64,000 nucleotides of DNA, taken from contig CAVVPN010000009.1 in the NCBI GenBank assembly GCA_963750165.1, positions 32,001-96,000 of the forward strand. Reading direction: 5' to 3'. The notes under the pieces were generated by a model. It searched no databases and was not told the origin of the DNA. It saw nothing but the letters and a program-made list of their open reading frames with translations. Numbering within the stretch: the first letter of the stretch is position 1; each line of letters begins with the position of its first letter. Of the stretch, positions 45,593-55,821 are shown one piece after another. The stretch is from an uncultured Gemmataceae bacterium (GTDB lineage Bacteria; Planctomycetota; Planctomycetia; Gemmatales; Gemmataceae). The position numbers were made by a program, and so were the translations under genes.

Positions 45593-47991
45593 ATGATCGA
45601 CCTTCATCCGGGTCCGGACCAGCTGGCGGCGTTCCGTTTGGGGAAACTCAGCGACGCGGACTTCGCCGCCTTTGAGGAGCACGTCGCCGGGTGCGATGAC
45701 TGTTGCCGGCAGTTGAAAAACCTCCCGGACGACTCGTTCGTCTGCCTGGTACGCCAGTCCACCGACCCGACCCCCGCGGCGCCGGCCGACCGGGGCACAC
45801 GGACCTGGACCGCAGGCGACACCCTGACCGAGGCGGTCCCGGACCTGCCGCCGGAGCTGTACGACCACCCGCGCTATCAAATCCTGACGAAACTCGGCCA
45901 CGGCGGCATGGGGGTGGTCTACCAGGCGCGGCACCGACTCATGGACCGCGTGGTGGCGCTCAAGGTGCTCTGCCCGCGGTTGCTGGACCGGCCTGCGTCG
46001 GTCGAGCGCTTCCGCCGCGAGGTCCAGAACGCCGCCCGCCTCAGCCACGCCAACATCGTCACCGCCTACGACGCCGACCAGGCCGGCACCGCCCACTTCC
46101 TGGTTATGGAATACGTCGAGGGCGTCAGCCTGGCCCGGCTCGTGGAGGAGCGCGGGCCGCTGCCGGTCGTGCAGGCGTGTGCCTACGTCCGCCAGGCGGC
46201 GCTGGGGCTGCAGCACGCCTGCGCCTGCGGCATGGTCCACCGCGACATCAAGCCGCAAAACCTGATGGTCAGCGGCGCGGAGCTGGGGACGATCAAGATC
46301 CTGGACTTCGGCCTGGCCCACTTCGTCAGCGAGACGGCCATCGAGACACGCGCCGAGGGCGGGGCCGCCGACCCCAGCGGCCGGCTGACGCAGGCCAGCA
46401 CCGTCATGGGCACGCCGGACTACATCGCCCCGGAACAGGCCCGGGCCGCCCACACCGCCGACATCCGCGCCGACCTCTATAGCCTCGGCTGCACCCTGTA
46501 CTTCCTGCTCGCCGGCCACGCCCCGTTCCCGCACGGCGAACCCATCCAGAAGGTAAAGGCCCATCTCGAACAGACGCCGCGCCCCCTGAACGAACTCCGG
46601 CCCGACGTGCCCGCCGAACTGATGCGCGTGCTGGAACGCCTGCTGGACAAGAATCCCGCCCGGCGCTACCAAACGCCCGCCGAACTGGCCGACGCCCTGG
46701 CGCCGTTCACGGCACCGCGGCCGGCGCCGCGGCCGTGGCGGCGCTTGCTGGTGCGCGTGCTCGCGGCCCTGGTGATAGCGGCAGCAGTGAACCTCGCGGC
46801 GCACGTGCTCCGTCCGCCGACGGATAACGGCCCCGTTATCCCGGGTGCGCCAAAGACGGCGGCGCCGAACGCGGCGTCACCGCCCCAGGGCGTGCAATTC
46901 AACGGCAAGGACTCCGTGTTGGGTGCTAAAGACGAACTCAGAATTCGGCGCCTGCTCAGCCAAAACAACCTGCGCCAGATCATTCAGGCTCTGCTGGTCT
47001 ACCACGACACCCATAAGCGCTTCCCACCGCCAGCGATCTGTGACGCCAGGGGCAAACCGCTGTTGAGTTGGCGGGTGGCCCTCCTGCCGTTTCTTGAAGC
47101 GGGGCCCCTGTTCAAGCAGTTCAAGCTCGACGAACCGTGGGACAGCGCGCACAATCGAAAACTGCTGGAGAAGATGCCCAACGTCTACGGGCCGCACTGG
47201 GTCAAGACCACGCCGCCGCATGCGACCTTCTACCAGGCGATTGTCGGCCCCGGCGCCGACATCGAGTTACGCCCAGTCAAGGGAGTTCCCCTGGGCGCGG
47301 CGGGGCGCGGCGTGCAGGACTTCCCCGCAGGCGTCGCGAACACGGCCCTCGTGATCGAGGCGGCTGAGCCGGTGCCGTGGACCAGTCCCGCCGACCTGGT
47401 TTATGACCCCACCGGCCCGCTGCCGAAACTGGGCGGCCTCTGCGCGCCCGGGTTCCATGCTGCGTTCGCGGATGGTGCCGTCCGCTTTCATTCCCATCTT
47501 CTGGACGAGAAGACGCTGCGTACCCTGCTCACGCGGACCAGACCGGACCAACCGCCGGCCGGGCAGCGGACCCAAACCCTGGAGTTCGGCACCCTCCGGA
47601 ACGCCCGCGCGGACCTGGTAGCCAACGCGATTTGCACCTGGCACCGCACCAGCAAGTGGAAGCACATCACCCTGACGGTCGTCTCCAACCGGCCGCAAAA
47701 CACCCTGACCGTCACCTGCTCCGAGCCCCTGGTCGATGAAATCCGGAAGCTGGTCGAGCGGTTGGAGAAGGAAGCGGCGAAAGGGCGGGAGGCGTTCCTG
47801 CCGCTGTTCAACGGCAAGGACCTGACGGGCTGGGGCGGCGACTGACCGTGCTCGTCAACGGGCAAAAAGTAACCGATGAGCTGCTGTACACCGCGGAAGG
47901 GGTGCTGATTTTCCACGTGACGGGGGCGCACCAGCCGGAAGCGGTGCTGCGCAACGTGCAGATCCGCGAACTGCCCCCGGCGTCGAAGTAG
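45593..47991 (+). CDS. Ser/Thr kinase with mosaic C-terminus (DUF1559-like, secretin-N-like, partial DUF1080); stop at 47845, out-of-frame remnant to 47991
   Basis: HxxxCxxC N-terminus, GHGGMG, HRDIKP, DFG, GTPDYIAPEQ, LLSWRVALLPFL, PLFNGKDLTGW; tail VLVNG...RNVQIREL in another frame. Confidence 0.82.
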
Positions 47992-48158
47992 CGGCCGTCG
48001 CCTTGCCGGCTGCGGCGGCGCCGGCTACAACACGTCCCAGGTTGGGGCTTCTTCGGGGCGGAGGATTAGCTTGGTGCTCTGCATCACGGGCGATGTTGCG
48101 TCGCCCGAGCGTTTGCTACCCCGATCGTCTCAGGGAAGGCTGTTTCAGGCTCGCCGAT

Positions 48159-48245
48159 GGCTACCCGGAGAGGAATTCCCCGGGACGGCCTGGGACAACC
48201 ACGCGGCCCGCGGTTCCGTCCCGGGGAATTCCTCCCCGGGTAGCC
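48159..48245. repeat. REP-like inverted repeat
   Basis: GGCTACCCGG.GAGGAATTCCCCGGGACGG ... CCGTCCCGGGGAATTCCTC.CCGGGTAGCC. Confidence 0.8.
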
Positions 48246-48333
48246 GCGAGCCCGTGAGCCTTCCGTGACCCAGGCGGAGAAGTAGTCCCGCTCCCGGGGA
48301 AGCCCCCAACCACTCCCTCCCGCCGCTCGTTCA

Positions 48334-49188
48334 CTACGCGGACCCTGCCGCCCCGCCGCCGAAGCGCCGCGCGAACGGCTGCAAATTCCCACCGTCCCCG
48401 CTGCGGTCGAGCACCGCGAACACCACGTGCCGGAACACGCCGCGGAACGGCCCATCCCCCGTCAGCAGGCGGGCGAACCAGTCCGCGACCGCCTCCGGAT
48501 CGTTGGCAAAGACGCCGCAGCCCCACGCCCCGAGCACCAGCACGTCATGGCCGTGGTGCGCCGCCACCGCCAGCACCCTGTCCATGCGCGCGAGCATCAC
48601 CGGCTCGATGTGCTGGACGTGGTGCGGTTCGTTGCGGCGCACGGCGCCGGCGTTGACGGCCGGGGCGGTCAGGATCGACACCAGGAACGGCTCCTCCAGC
48701 AGCCGGTCGTCGTCGTCGCGGAACACTGGCACGTCGGGCGCGTAAATCATGTGGTCGGTGTAGAGGCACGACGAAAAACGCTGGTTGGTGTCGTACATCT
48801 CCTGGAACTGGTTGAGGCAGGGGGACAGCCCGGAGGCGCGGGCCAAACTTTCCTCCTGGGCCTGGCTGCCGCCCAGGAAGCCGCCGCCGGGGTGCCGCGC
48901 CGACGCGAAGTTCAGCGCCAGCACCCGCGCCGCCCCGTCGCGCAGCAGCCGGGCCGCCGCGTGCAGGGTGGTTTCGTTGGCGACCTCGAAGGCCGTGGCG
49001 GCGCCGCCGGCGGCCGGGCGCGGCAGCTGGTCGAGGCGGCCCGGCGTGTACAGGACTGAGCGCGCCAACGCGGCGTCCTGGTCCGGCTGGAGGTGGACGG
49101 TGCGGCCGGCGGGGCTGGTGTAGTGCCCCTGGCCCAGAATGTTGAGCGTTTCCTGGGCGGTCTGCGCCCGTTGCGATCGACTGGCCAT
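48334..49188 (-). CDS. TIGR02452/DUF2263 family macrodomain (bacterial PARG-like)
   Basis: LNFASARHPGGGFLGGSQAQEESL (GGG-x6-QEE), LGAWGCGVF. Confidence 0.88.
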   Translation of the reverse strand: MASRSQRAQTAQETLNILGQGHYTSPAGRTVHLQPDQDAALARSVLYTPGRLDQLPRPAAGGAATAFEVANETTLHAAARLLRDGAARVLALNFASARHPGGGFLGGSQAQEESLARASGLSPCLNQFQEMYDTNQRFSSCLYTDHMIYAPDVPVFRDDDDRLLEEPFLVSILTAPAVNAGAVRRNEPHHVQHIEPVMLARMDRVLAVAAHHGHDVLVLGAWGCGVFANDPEAVADWFARLLTGDGPFRGVFRHVVFAVLDRSGDGGNLQPFARRFGGGAAGSA

Positions 49189-49276
49189 GACGGTTGCTCC
49201 TGGCATTGCGCGGTATCCCACGGGGAAGACGGCGGGGCGACCTGCGGGGTTCACCTCGCGCTCTCCCATTCGAGAC

Positions 49277-49324
49277 CCCGTTTACGTTTCGCGCGGATCT
49301 CGACCCGCGCGAAACGTAAACGGG
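49277..49324. repeat. REP-like palindrome, family C
   Basis: CCCGTTTACGTTTCGCGCGG ... CCGCGCGAAACGTAAACGGG. Confidence 0.85.
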
Positions 49325-49413
49325 CAGCAGTGAACCGTCGCCGCCCCTTTTTTGACTTCGCCGCCTATAATATCCAGGTTCGCCCCCTCTTCCGCCTCAG
49401 GGATGTCGCACCC

Positions 49414-50175
49414 GTGGAACCGCCCGCCGCCGCTGGCACCTTCAACGTGCAGCCGGGCCTGCCGCCCGCCACCGCTGCGCCCGCACCCGCCGCGCCGACC
49501 GGCACCACCGAGCTGACCACCGCCTGGCCGCGCCGCGTTCAGTGGGCGACGGCGGCATTGCTGGGCCTGGCGGGGCTGCTCCTGTTCGTCCACGCGGTGG
49601 CGGTGCAGCCGGGCGGCAGCCGGCCTTCGGAAATCCAGCGCAGCGGACCACTGCACTACCGCGTCGATCTCAACAAGGCCCGCCGCTCCGAACTGCTGCA
49701 ACTGCCCGGCATCGGCCCGGCGCTGGCGGAGCGCATCGAGGCGTACCGCGACGAGGCCGGCGGCTTCCGCAGCGTCGAGGAACTGGCACGGGTGCGCGGC
49801 ATCGGCCCGGCGACCCTGCAACGGTTGCGACCGCTGGTGTGCGTCAACGCCGGCGAGTTCGACGACGTGGAGGAGGCCGCCGAGGTCGGGGCCCGCAAGC
49901 CCGTGCAGCACATCTCCGCGTACCCGCCAGCCGCCGGCCCGGTGCGACCGGCCGGCAAGAAGAAGGAAGACAGCCTCAAGGGACCGATCAACGTCAACCG
50001 TGCGTCGCAGGCGGAGTTGCAGATGCTGCCCGGCATCGGCCCGAAGCTGTCGCAGCGCATCCTTGATACGCGGCAGCAGCGGCGCTTCGCCACGGTCGAG
50101 GAACTGCGGCGCGTGCCGGGCATCGGTCCGAAAACGCTGGAAAAACTACGCCCGCACGTCATCGTCGGAGATTGA
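49414..50175 (+). CDS. ComEA-like DNA-binding protein with two HhH domains
   Basis: TM segment; DLNKA..LPGIGP..VRGIGP and INVNRA..LPGIGP..VPGIGP. Start uncertain. Confidence 0.85.
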   Translation: MEPPAAAGTFNVQPGLPPATAAPAPAAPTGTTELTTAWPRRVQWATAALLGLAGLLLFVHAVAVQPGGSRPSEIQRSGPLHYRVDLNKARRSELLQLPGIGPALAERIEAYRDEAGGFRSVEELARVRGIGPATLQRLRPLVCVNAGEFDDVEEAAEVGARKPVQHISAYPPAAGPVRPAGKKKEDSLKGPINVNRASQAELQMLPGIGPKLSQRILDTRQQRRFATVEELRRVPGIGPKTLEKLRPHVIVGD

Positions 50176-50179
50176 TTGC

Positions 50180-52192
50180 ATGGCGGCCACGTTCGCGTTG
50201 TCCTCCCCGTTCCAGCCCGCCGGCGACCAGCCGCAGGCGATCGCCAAACTCGTCGCCGGCTTCCGCGAGGGCCGGCCGTGTCAGACGCTGCTCGGAGCCA
50301 CGGGCACGGGCAAGACATACACGGCCGCGCACCTGATCCAGCAAATCGGCAAGCCAACGCTCGTCCTGTCGCACAACAAGACGCTGGCGGCCCAGCTGTA
50401 CAAGGAATTTCGCGGCTTCTTCCCGCGCAACGCCGTCCACTACTTCATCAGCTACTACGACTATTACCAGCCCGAGGCGTACATCCCGCAGCGCGACATC
50501 TACATCGAGAAGGACGCGCTGGTCAACGAGAATATCGACCGCCTGCGCCTGGCCGCGACCAGCGCCCTGGTCAGCCGCGAGGATGTGATTATCGTCGCCA
50601 GCGTGTCGTGCATCTACGGCCTGGGTTCGCCCAGCGACTACAAGGCCATGATGGTCCGCGTCGTCAAGGGCGAGATCGTGGACCGCGATCAGTTGTTGCT
50701 CAAGCTCGTGGACATTCAGTATCAGCGCAACGACGTGGCCTTCGAGCGCGGCAAGTTCCGCGTGCGCGGCGACGTGGTGGAGGTGTGGCCGGCCTACGAG
50801 GAGTTCGCCGTGCGCATCGAACTGTTCGGCGACGAGGTGGAGAACCTCGCCATCATCAACCCGGTCAGCGGCGAAACGCTGCGGCCGCTGGAAGACCTGT
50901 ACATCTACCCGGCGAAGCACTTCGTCACGCCCGAGGAGCGCATCAAGACGGCGGTGGAAGGCATCCGCACCGAGCTGGAGCAACGGCTGACGCAGTTCCG
51001 CCAGGAGGGCAAGCTGCTGGAGGCGCAGCGGCTCAGCGCCCGCACGCGCTTCGACATGGAAATGCTGATGGAGGTCGGCCATTGTCCCGGCATCGAGAAC
51101 TACGCCCGCTGGTTCTCTGGCCGCAAGCCGGGCGAGCCGCCCTACTGCCTCTTCGACTTCTTCCCCGAAGACTTCCTGATGATTATCGACGAATCGCACG
51201 TGACGCTGCCGCAGTTGCGGGCCATGTTCGCCGGCGACCACTCGCGCAAGGTCACGTTGGTCGAGCACGGCTTCCGCCTGCCCAGCGCCCTCGACAACCG
51301 GCCGCTGCGCTTCGACGAGTGGGAGAAGCGAACCAAGCAACTGCTGTTCATGTCCGCGACGCCGGGGCCGTATGAACTGGAGCGCACCGGCGGCGAGATT
51401 GTCGAACAGGTCATCCGGCCAACGGGCCTGGTCGATCCGCTACTGCACGTCAAGCCGGCGCGCGGCCAGGTGCCGGACCTGCTCGGCGAGTGCAAGATCC
51501 GGGCCGCCAAACAGGAGCGCGTGCTGGTCACGACGCTGACCAAGCGGCTCGCGGAGGATTTAAGCACGTTCCTCCGCGAGTCGGGGCTGCGCTGCAAATG
51601 GCTGCACTCCGAGCTAGACGCCATCGAGCGCGTGCAGATTTTGCGCGAGCTGCGTGAGGGGGCGTTTGACGTGCTGGTCGGCGTCAACCTGCTGCGCGAG
51701 GGGTTGGACCTGCCCGAGGTGTCGCTGGTGGCGATCCTCGACGCGGACAAGGAGGGCTTCCTGCGCAGCGGCACGTCGCTGATCCAGACCATCGGCCGGG
51801 CGGCCCGCAACGTCAACGCCGAGGTCATCCTGTACGCCGACCGCGTCACCGATTCGATGCAGCGGGCCATGGACGAGACCAACCGCCGCCGGGCGCTGCA
51901 GCTGGAATATAACCGGCAGCACAACATCACGCCGGAGAGCGTGCGCTCGGCGATCAGCATGGGCATTGAGGAGGAGATCGCGGCCCGCAAGCTGGTGCAG
52001 CAGGTCGCGGGGCTGCCGGCGGAGGATTACGTCACGGAGGAGTATCTGGAGGAACTGCACGGCGAGATGCTGGCGGCGGCGGCGAACCTGGAGTTCGAGC
52101 GCGCCGCCCAGCTGCGCGACCAGATCGCCAAGCTCAAGGGCCAGCCGGCCGCGGCGCCGCAGGGGAAGAAGCGCCGCGGCCGGCGGCGGTAG
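50180..52192 (+). CDS. uvrB: Excinuclease ABC subunit B
   Basis: [41 protein letters not shown]-terminal UVR domain. Confidence 0.97.
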   Translation: MAATFALSSPFQPAGDQPQAIAKLVAGFREGRPCQTLLGATGTGKTYTAAHLIQQIGKPTLVLSHNKTLAAQLYKEFRGFFPRNAVHYFISYYDYYQPEAYIPQRDIYIEKDALVNENIDRLRLAATSALVSREDVIIVASVSCIYGLGSPSDYKAMMVRVVKGEIVDRDQLLLKLVDIQYQRNDVAFERGKFRVRGDVVEVWPAYEEFAVRIELFGDEVENLAIINPVSGETLRPLEDLYIYPAKHFVTPEERIKTAVEGIRTELEQRLTQFRQEGKLLEAQRLSARTRFDMEMLMEVGHCPGIENYARWFSGRKPGEPPYCLFDFFPEDFLMIIDESHVTLPQLRAMFAGDHSRKVTLVEHGFRLPSALDNRPLRFDEWEKRTKQLLFMSATPGPYELERTGGEIVEQVIRPTGLVDPLLHVKPARGQVPDLLGECKIRAAKQERVLVTTLTKRLAEDLSTFLRESGLRCKWLHSELDAIERVQILRELREGAFDVLVGVNLLREGLDLPEVSLVAILDADKEGFLRSGTSLIQTIGRAARNVNAEVILYADRVTDSMQRAMDETNRRRALQLEYNRQHNITPESVRSAISMGIEEEIAARKLVQQVAGLPAEDYVTEEYLEELHGEMLAAAANLEFERAAQLRDQIAKLKGQPAAAPQGKKRRGRRR

Positions 52193-52210
52193 GCGCCGGC
52201 CGCACCCACG

Positions 52211-53389
52211 TTACTTCCCCTTTTCCATCACCCAGAGCACGTGCAGGGTATCCGCCTTCGTGGTCAATTCGGTCGGCCGCGCGATGTCCGGGGCGTGGGC
52301 GAAGCATAGCTTGAGCGTGTCCTTCTCCCGCTGGAAAATCCCCTTCAAGATGCCACCGTCCGGGTGGGTCAGGTCGATCTGCGGTGGTTTGGCGTTGGGG
52401 TTGATTTTGTACGCCATTTCCACGCGCTTGCCCTTGGCCTCGATCACGATCTTGTCGGCCAAAAACTCCACCTCCGGATGCACGAGCTGCGCGCCGTCGG
52501 GGCCTACCTCGGGGAGCACCTTGCCGGTCGCCTCCTGGCGCACCACCTGCCACTTGCCGAGCAGGGTTTTCGCATCGACCTTCGGCTGACCGTCTTGTTG
52601 CGGCGTGGCCCCCTGGCCGAACAGGGCAAAAAGCCCCACCCCGGCCACCAGCAGACACGCCACCAGCCCCACGCCCCAGAGTTTCACCTTCGTCCACAGC
52701 ATGGCTCGCAACACCCCCTGTGCCAGGGCGGCCGCCTGGGCGGAAACCAGCCCGCCGGCCGCCGAATTCGCCGCGCACGGCAGCGCCGCCTGTGCGGTCG
52801 ATGCCACCAGCGCCGCCGTCAATGCACACCCCGACAGCGTGACGCCGCGCCGCTCGAGCCGGCCGCGCAGCAGATCGCGGGCGCGGCTCAACCGGCTCTT
52901 GACCGTACCCACCGGGCAGGCCAGTTCGCGGGCCGCCTCCTCGTTGCTCAGGCCCTGCAGGTAGCAGAGCACCACCGGGCCGCGGTAGCGCGCCGGCATC
53001 CGGCCCACCTCCTCGTGGACCAGCGGCCCCAGGTCGCCGTCTGGCGCCGGTGGCGCCGCGGCGTGGGTGAGGTCCGCGGTCAGGCCCTCGCGCTGCCGGC
53101 GCCGGGCCGCGGCGGCGCGGGCGCGTCGGGCGACGCGCAGGGCGACGCCGTACAGCCAGTTCGCCAGCAACTCGCGTTGCCGCAACTGGCCGGCCCGGCG
53201 CACCAGGACGAGGAAGGTCGCCTGGAAGGCGTCCTCCGCGTCCTGGTGGTCGCGCAGCAGCTGGCGGCAGACGGCGAAGACCATCGGCCCGTGTCGCTCC
53301 ACCAGCGCCGCGAAGGCGGCGCCGTCGGTCGCGGTCACGAAGCGCTGCAGCAGCGCCGCGTCCGTCAGCGCCTGCCCGTCGGTCATCAC
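52211..53389 (-). CDS. ECF sigma factor with C-terminal TIGR03067-like domain
   Basis: DAEDAFQATFLVL, GTVKSRLSRAR; C-terminal LLGKW...KINP.AKPPQID...GIF..LKLCF. Confidence 0.88.
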   Translation of the reverse strand: MMTDGQALTDAALLQRFVTATDGAAFAALVERHGPMVFAVCRQLLRDHQDAEDAFQATFLVLVRRAGQLRQRELLANWLYGVALRVARRARAAAARRRQREGLTADLTHAAAPPAPDGDLGPLVHEEVGRMPARYRGPVVLCYLQGLSNEEAARELACPVGTVKSRLSRARDLLRGRLERRGVTLSGCALTAALVASTAQAALPCAANSAAGGLVSAQAAALAQGVLRAMLWTKVKLWGVGLVACLLVAGVGLFALFGQGATPQQDGQPKVDAKTLLGKWQVVRQEATGKVLPEVGPDGAQLVHPEVEFLADKIVIEAKGKRVEMAYKINPNAKPPQIDLTHPDGGILKGIFQREKDTLKLCFAHAPDIARPTELTTKADTLHVLWVMEKGK

Positions 53390-53482
53390 GGCGTTCGTCC
53401 CTCCGTTCACGCTGTCTGCCCTGGTACTGCACGCGGGAGGTCGGCCGGTTCCGTCATTTTCCCGGCCCGGTCATTTTTTCAC

Positions 53483-53521
53483 GCGCCGCAGGTGAAGAAG
53501 CGCCGCGGCCGGCGGCGGTGA
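53483..53521 (+). repeat. Displaced copy of the uvrB 3' end (39 bp)
   Basis: GCGCCGCAGGTGAAGAAGCGCCGCGGCCGGCGGCGGTGA = [12 protein letters not shown], versus native 52154-52192. Confidence 0.9.
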
Positions 53522-53576
53522 GACTTGGTTTCGTTCTCCGGTTCTGATTCAGCTACCCGGGAAGTTGACCCGCGTG

Positions 53577-53604
53577 TTGACAGAACCGCCCGGTCTGGGA
53601 CAAT
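53577..53604 (+). promoter_or_regulatory. Putative sigma70 promoter, leaderless transcript
   Basis: TTGACA-N16-GACAAT ending 6 nt before the ATG at 53611. Confidence 0.5.
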
Positions 53605-53610
53605 AAAAGC

Positions 53611-53823
53611 ATGGAAACGAAAGACACCGTAGCCTCAGACGTACTGACGGACCTGGAAGAGATTCTCCGCCAGGCCGCCGCCGGAGGGCCAAAAGACCCT
53701 GAACTGGTACGCCGCATCCAGGAGCGCTCGCGCAAGGCTCGGGCAGCCACCCTGCGCACCCACGGCGTGCAGGAGATCGGCGTCCGCATCATCCGCGAGA
53801 TGCGTGACGGTATCGGCGCATGA
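53611..53823 (+). CDS. Putative antitoxin
   Basis: 70 aa, ATGA overlap with the PIN gene, IIREMRD ending. Confidence 0.75.
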   Translation: METKDTVASDVLTDLEEILRQAAAGGPKDPELVRRIQERSRKARAATLRTHGVQEIGVRIIREMRDGIGA

Positions 53824-54248
53824 ACTACGTTGTCGATTGCTCTGTGGCATTCATGTGGGTGGTGGCGGAGCCACTCTCGCCGAAGGCCGAGCGGCTCCGG
53901 GAGGACTTCCGCCAGGGAGACCACGAACTGCTGGCGCCTGACCTGTTTCCTACTGAGGTCGCCAACGCCCTGGTCGTGGCCGAGCGCAAGGGGCGCATCG
54001 CTCCCGGGGAGAGCATCCTCCTGTTCGCCGACGTGGCCACCACCATGCCCACAATCCACGCTACCTTCCCCGGCGTCGTCGGCCGCACCCAGGCCATCGC
54101 TCAGGGATCGGTCGTCAGCGTGTACGACGCCCTCTATGTCGCCCTGGCCGAGCGCGAGCAGTGCGAACTGGTCACCGCCGACGACAAACTCGTCAAGAAC
54201 CTCCAGAAGTCATTCCCCTTCATCCTCGACTTGAAGACACTTCCGTGA
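53820..54248 (+). CDS. VapC/PIN-domain toxin
   Basis: YVVDCSV, EVANAL, YDALYVALA, LVTADDKL. Confidence 0.9.
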   Translation: MNYVVDCSVAFMWVVAEPLSPKAERLREDFRQGDHELLAPDLFPTEVANALVVAERKGRIAPGESILLFADVATTMPTIHATFPGVVGRTQAIAQGSVVSVYDALYVALAEREQCELVTADDKLVKNLQKSFPFILDLKTLP

Positions 54249-54303
54249 AGTTCGTCGGCGTCCAGCAAACCGTGTGCAACGCGGGAATTCCCCTTCCCAC
54301 TTA

Positions 54304-54440
54304 AACTGCACGGCGAGATGCTGGCGGCGGCGAACCTGGAGTTCGAGCGCGCCGCCCTGTTGCGCGACAAGATCGCCAAGCTGAAAGGGCAGCCGGCCGC
54401 GGCGCCGCAGGTGAAGAAGCGCCGCGGCCGGCGGCGTTGA
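54304..54440 (+). pseudogene. Displaced, diverged copy of the uvrB 3' end (137 bp)
   Basis: [44 protein letters not shown], versus native 52053-52192. Confidence 0.92.
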
Positions 54441-54507
54441 GGGCACAGAGACCACTGGCTACCGTTTTTTCTCTTTGTGCTCTTTGTGTCTTTGTGGTGA
54501 ATCTATT

Positions 54508-55645
54508 TCAAACCGCCACGCCGCGGGTTCTCGGCAACACCTCACGAGCTAGCAGTTCCATGCTGCGCCGCGTCTGTTCGTGGCCGGCCGTGCCGGTCTG
54601 GCAACCGGTCAGCACGACGCCGACGCCCAGCTCCTTCTGGTAATGCTCCAGCTTCTGCCGCACCGTCTCCGGGCTGCCGACGATGGCGAAGACGCCCTTC
54701 TCAAGGTCGTCCCACGATTGTTGCGCCGCCAGGAAGTATTTCTGATTCTTCAGCAGCGCCGCCGCCGACTTCGCCGAGGTGTAGCCGGGCGGACTCAGGT
54801 TGATGCCGCGGAGCAGGTTCTTGACGAAGTACCAGAATGACGGCTCGAACTCAGCGCGGGCCTGTTTGTCCGTCTCGGCGACGTAGATGGGGATGCCCCA
54901 GCCCATCTGCTCGGGCTTTGCGGTGTAGCCGGCGCGGTCGCACGCTTCGCGGAACTGGGCGAAGACGCGCTTGAACACATCGATGTGGAAATACGGCACA
55001 CCCAGGTAGGCGAAACGGCGCTGGGCGACGAACTCAATGGTTTCGAGGCTGCCGACGCCAGGAATCCAGATCGGCGGGTGCGGCTGCTGCAACGGCCGCG
55101 GCCACGGATTGACATAGCGGAAATGGTAGTGCTTCGAGTCCCACGCGAACGGCCCTGGTGTCGTCCACGCCTTGAGGATCAGCTCCAGGGCCTCGCGGAA
55201 CTTCTCGCGCAGTCGTCGGATCGACGCCGTAAGCGTAGTATTCGGGGCCGCCGCCGACGACCATGCCCGCCATCAGCCGGCCGCCGCTGAGCACGTCGAG
55301 CATGGCAAATTCTTCCGCGACGCGCTGAGGGGGGTGGTACAGCGGCAGGGCGTTGCCGATGACCGCGAGCTTGCAGCGGCGCGTGCGCTGCGTCAGCGCC
55401 GCGGCGATGAGGTTGGGCGACGGCATCAGCCCGTAAGCGTTCTGGTGGTGCTCGTTGACGCAGATACCGTCGAAGCCCAGCTCCTCCGCGTAGGCCAGGG
55501 TGTTGATGTATTCGCGGTACAGGTCGTGGCCCTTGACGGGGTCGTACAGTTCGTTGGGCAGCCAGACCCAGGCGGAGTCGTAGCGCTGCGCGAAGTCGTC
55601 GGGCAGGTAGGGCCAGGACATCAAATGGAAGAAGAAATACTGCAT
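54508..55645 (-). CDS. LLM-class flavin-dependent oxidoreductase (frameshift near 55208)
   Basis: AEELGFD...NEHH, RVAEEFAMLD.LSGGR, QQPHPPIW, VGSPETV. Confidence 0.88.
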
Positions 55646-55821
55646 GCGGCGGCTCCCGTGCCGGGGTCGGAGGGGGACGGCGGCATTGTACCAGGCGGCG
55701 TCCGTTGTGGCGGCGGGTGTCTTTTTTTTCGTGATATTCCCGCGCCTGCTGTGCCAGAATGAGTGCCGGCGCTGCCGGTCGCCCGTGAACCCCCCGTCGC
55801 ACCCCAGTTCCGAGGTACGTC

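Noticed and set aside
52193..54440. Prophage or classical integrative element at uvrB
   Set aside because: No integrase, transposase or phage genes, and the repeats differ in length and sequence rather than forming an identical att pair.
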